Assembly (NCBI GenBank): GCA_022600345.1 | Contig: JAHZKP010000039.1 | Coordinates: forward strand, 10,089-74,088 | DNA from: Alphaproteobacteria bacterium | Lineage (GTDB): Bacteria; Pseudomonadota; Alphaproteobacteria; Rhizobiales; Hyphomicrobiaceae | Reading direction: 5' to 3' | DNA length: 64,000 bases | Part shown: positions 62,090 through 64,000 of the stretch, in pieces | Layout of the letters: each line of letters begins with the position of its first letter | How positions within the stretch are numbered: the first letter of the stretch is position 1 | Translations under genes and position numbers: made by a program | The notes under the pieces: generated by a model | Told to the model about the DNA's origin: nothing | The model's database searches: none | The model's input: only the letters and a program-made list of their open reading frames with translations

Positions 62090-63442
62090 ATGCAGAAAAA
62101 TATTTTCATAAGTTATCGGCGTCGCGATGTGAAAATGACGGCTGGCCGAATTCATGATGGATTGACGAAAGTATTCGGCAAGCAACAGGTTTTCATGGAC
62201 GTGGCTGGCCTGAAAGTCGGTGCAGAGTATCCAAAGCAAATAGAAGATGCGCTGCAAAAGTCCAGAGTGCTATTAGTAATTATTGGCCCTAACTGGATGG
62301 AATTGTTGAGGGAAAAGCAATCCGACGGTGAGCGTGACTTTGTTATTGAAGAAATATCGCGTGCGCTGGTGCAGAGTACAATTATCATTCCCGTTTTGGT
62401 CGAGGGTGCAAGTCTCCCGGATTCTAAGCTATTACCGGAAAATATAAGAGGCGTTGTCGATTGGCAAAAGCATGTTCTGCAATATGAGAGCTTTAGTTCT
62501 GATTTAGACAAACTCGTTCAAATTGTTGAAGGAAGGGGCATAAAACGCAAAAATAAATCGCTTGTTTTTTCATCAACAAGTCAGTCCGTAGCGGCCTTAG
62601 TTGCAAGCATGGCAATAATTGCCGGTGGGTTGTATTTCTATTTCGATAGTAAGCTCTCGGAAAAACAGACTATAAGCGAAATTCTTCAATTTCAGAGGGC
62701 ATCCTCAGAGCGCCAGGTGGCAGCGCAGAAAGAGCTACGTAAACGGGTTGATGCTGCAGAGGCGAAATTTGAGGAAGCGAAGGCCGCTTCGGAAATGGCG
62801 GAGCTGGAGGGAACTGCGGCCGACATGAAAGTTCGACAGCAGGAGCATGCGAAGGTCAAAGAGGCCCAGGCGGCATTCGCGCGGGCCGAACAAGCTCGTG
62901 TACGAGCCAAGGAAGCTTCTGAACGAGCTGCGCGGGAGCGAGCTGAATTGGAAATAGCCAAGGCTGAATTGGAGAGGAAGAAGAAGGCGTTGTTGAAGGC
63001 TGAGCGGGAGAGATTGGAGCGTGAGCGGGCTTTAGAAGTAGCCAAGCAGCGGAGACAGGCTGAATTAAGGGAGGAGTGGTATCGCATTTATGATTCGACG
63101 GATCAGCGCATTCTTAAAGATTTCTACGGTCGGGCAGAAGGTACGGAATTTGCTGCATTGGCGGATTCACGATTATCCGAGATTAGAAATGTGGAACGCA
63201 GGCCTAGAAAACCGAAGCTATCTTCAATGTCGAAGTGCGACAGGCTCTGGGTGGCGCGGAATAGGGTTTTTCATCGACTGAAATATTGCTTCAAGACAGA
63301 CCGGGCGATCCAATATTTCGGTAACAATGGTTGCCATCGGACCCGGAAAGAAGTTACGCGCGTGATGTCGAAAAGCCAACGCGATCGGGTAAATACATTG
63401 CTAAAGGCGGAGTGCCGAAATGGTTGCAAAGGCTCTTGTTAA
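62090..63442 (+). CDS. TIR domain - transmembrane helix - coiled coil - YARHG-like domain protein
   Basis: NIFISYRR...QVFMD...LLVIIGPNW...RDFVIEEISRAL...IIPVLV (TIR_2); hydrophobic VAALVASMAIIAGGLYFYF; long A/E/R/K helix; CDRLWVARNRVFHRLKYCFKT.RA..YFGN.GC (YARHG-like). Confidence 0.85.
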   Translation: MQKNIFISYRRRDVKMTAGRIHDGLTKVFGKQQVFMDVAGLKVGAEYPKQIEDALQKSRVLLVIIGPNWMELLREKQSDGERDFVIEEISRALVQSTIIIPVLVEGASLPDSKLLPENIRGVVDWQKHVLQYESFSSDLDKLVQIVEGRGIKRKNKSLVFSSTSQSVAALVASMAIIAGGLYFYFDSKLSEKQTISEILQFQRASSERQVAAQKELRKRVDAAEAKFEEAKAASEMAELEGTAADMKVRQQEHAKVKEAQAAFARAEQARVRAKEASERAARERAELEIAKAELERKKKALLKAERERLERERALEVAKQRRQAELREEWYRIYDSTDQRILKDFYGRAEGTEFAALADSRLSEIRNVERRPRKPKLSSMSKCDRLWVARNRVFHRLKYCFKTDRAIQYFGNNGCHRTRKEVTRVMSKSQRDRVNTLLKAECRNGCKGSC

Positions 63443-64000
63443 GAATGTCTCCTTTCCCATTTCCAGGAAATTTCTGGCGTGGTTGCGGGTAACGTTATGT
63501 GTAGCTGCTTCGGTCTGTGTTCTTTTCCCCGAGGTAGTTAATTCCGGTGAAATTTCAACTGCGGCGCGGCTCGAGATTCTAAAAGAGGTTTATTCAGATC
63601 ATATAATGAACCAGGAGGGGAATCTTCTTGTAATGAAGGATGGCAGCAAGCTGGTCATTGATGATGGCCGAGAAAAAAGCCATTCAGAGAAAATGTCGAA
63701 TCCGGACATTGAGGATATGTTGTCACAAGTTTATCCTCTGGCAACGTGTATCGGAGCTAACGCAAAGCCTTCTGTTAACTTTGACCCTGGACGTATTAGA
63801 CACCAAGGCTTCCTGAGGTCGGTCTATGGGTCATCGAAAGGGGAGGTTGCCAAGAGGATTGGATCTGTCGATTGGTTTGGCGAACGAGTACATGTTTCAA
63901 AAATAATGAGTGTTGATCAGCGGGTGGAAGGTTTTGTTCGGGATTTGAAATCAGCCCCGACCCGGTTGAAGAAGTATCTTCTACCAAACGCTGGATCGTT
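63420..64000 (+). CDS. Secreted M15-family (D-Ala-D-Ala) metallopeptidase, N-terminal part; truncated by the window end
   Basis: Manually translated; absent from the ORF track because it has no stop. Reads MVAKALVK...signal peptide...IDDGREKSHSEKMSNPDIEDMLSQVYP...NFDPGRIRHQGFLRSVYG...VDW, matching the N-terminal region of M15_4-type peptidases. Catalytic His motifs lie beyond the window. Confidence 0.75.
   Translation, partial: MVAKALVKNVSFPISRKFLAWLRVTLCVAASVCVLFPEVVNSGEISTAARLEILKEVYSDHIMNQEGNLLVMKDGSKLVIDDGREKSHSEKMSNPDIEDMLSQVYPLATCIGANAKPSVNFDPGRIRHQGFLRSVYGSSKGEVAKRIGSVDWFGERVHVSKIMSVDQRVEGFVRDLKSAPTRLKKYLLPNAGS

Overview
Origin-proximal chromosomal region of an alphaproteobacterium; gene order and several conserved hypotheticals suggest Hyphomicrobiales, probably Hyphomicrobiaceae-like (inference). 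The core is the typical oriC neighbourhood: secB / dnaQ-coaE-aroE-maf-PPDK-regulator <- oriC -> hemE-hemJ-rho-mnmE-mnmG-rsmG-parA-parB, with three parS sites. It is followed by housekeeping genes (hisE, coaA, rimM, ubi monooxygenase, tesB, glnK-amtB, map, radC, trxB-LysR, leuC, rplS-trmD, pyrF, holA-lptE-leuS, yggS). Accessory material: (i) 4.2-9.8 kb: two secreted proteins sharing a PCxxC-DW motif, a CTAG-flanked MITE-like element, and an intact 2633-bp IS1-family transporter element (19-bp IRs, 8-bp TSD) carrying a ClpP-class serine protease; (ii) a ~135-bp palindromic element inserted in frame in mnmE; (iii) a 963-aa OmpA-domain protein with 96-aa RxxWG tandem repeats; (iv) dispersed CAACA-N13-TGTTG tandem palindromes; (v) a class II Fic gene with repeated operator-like boxes; (vi) 60.8-64 kb AT-richer block with a Cys-rich secreted protein and a TIR-TM-coiled-coil-YARHG receptor-like gene coupled to a secreted M15 peptidase (truncated at the window end). 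No rRNA, tRNA or CRISPR array was recognised. All family assignments are from motif recognition, not database searches.
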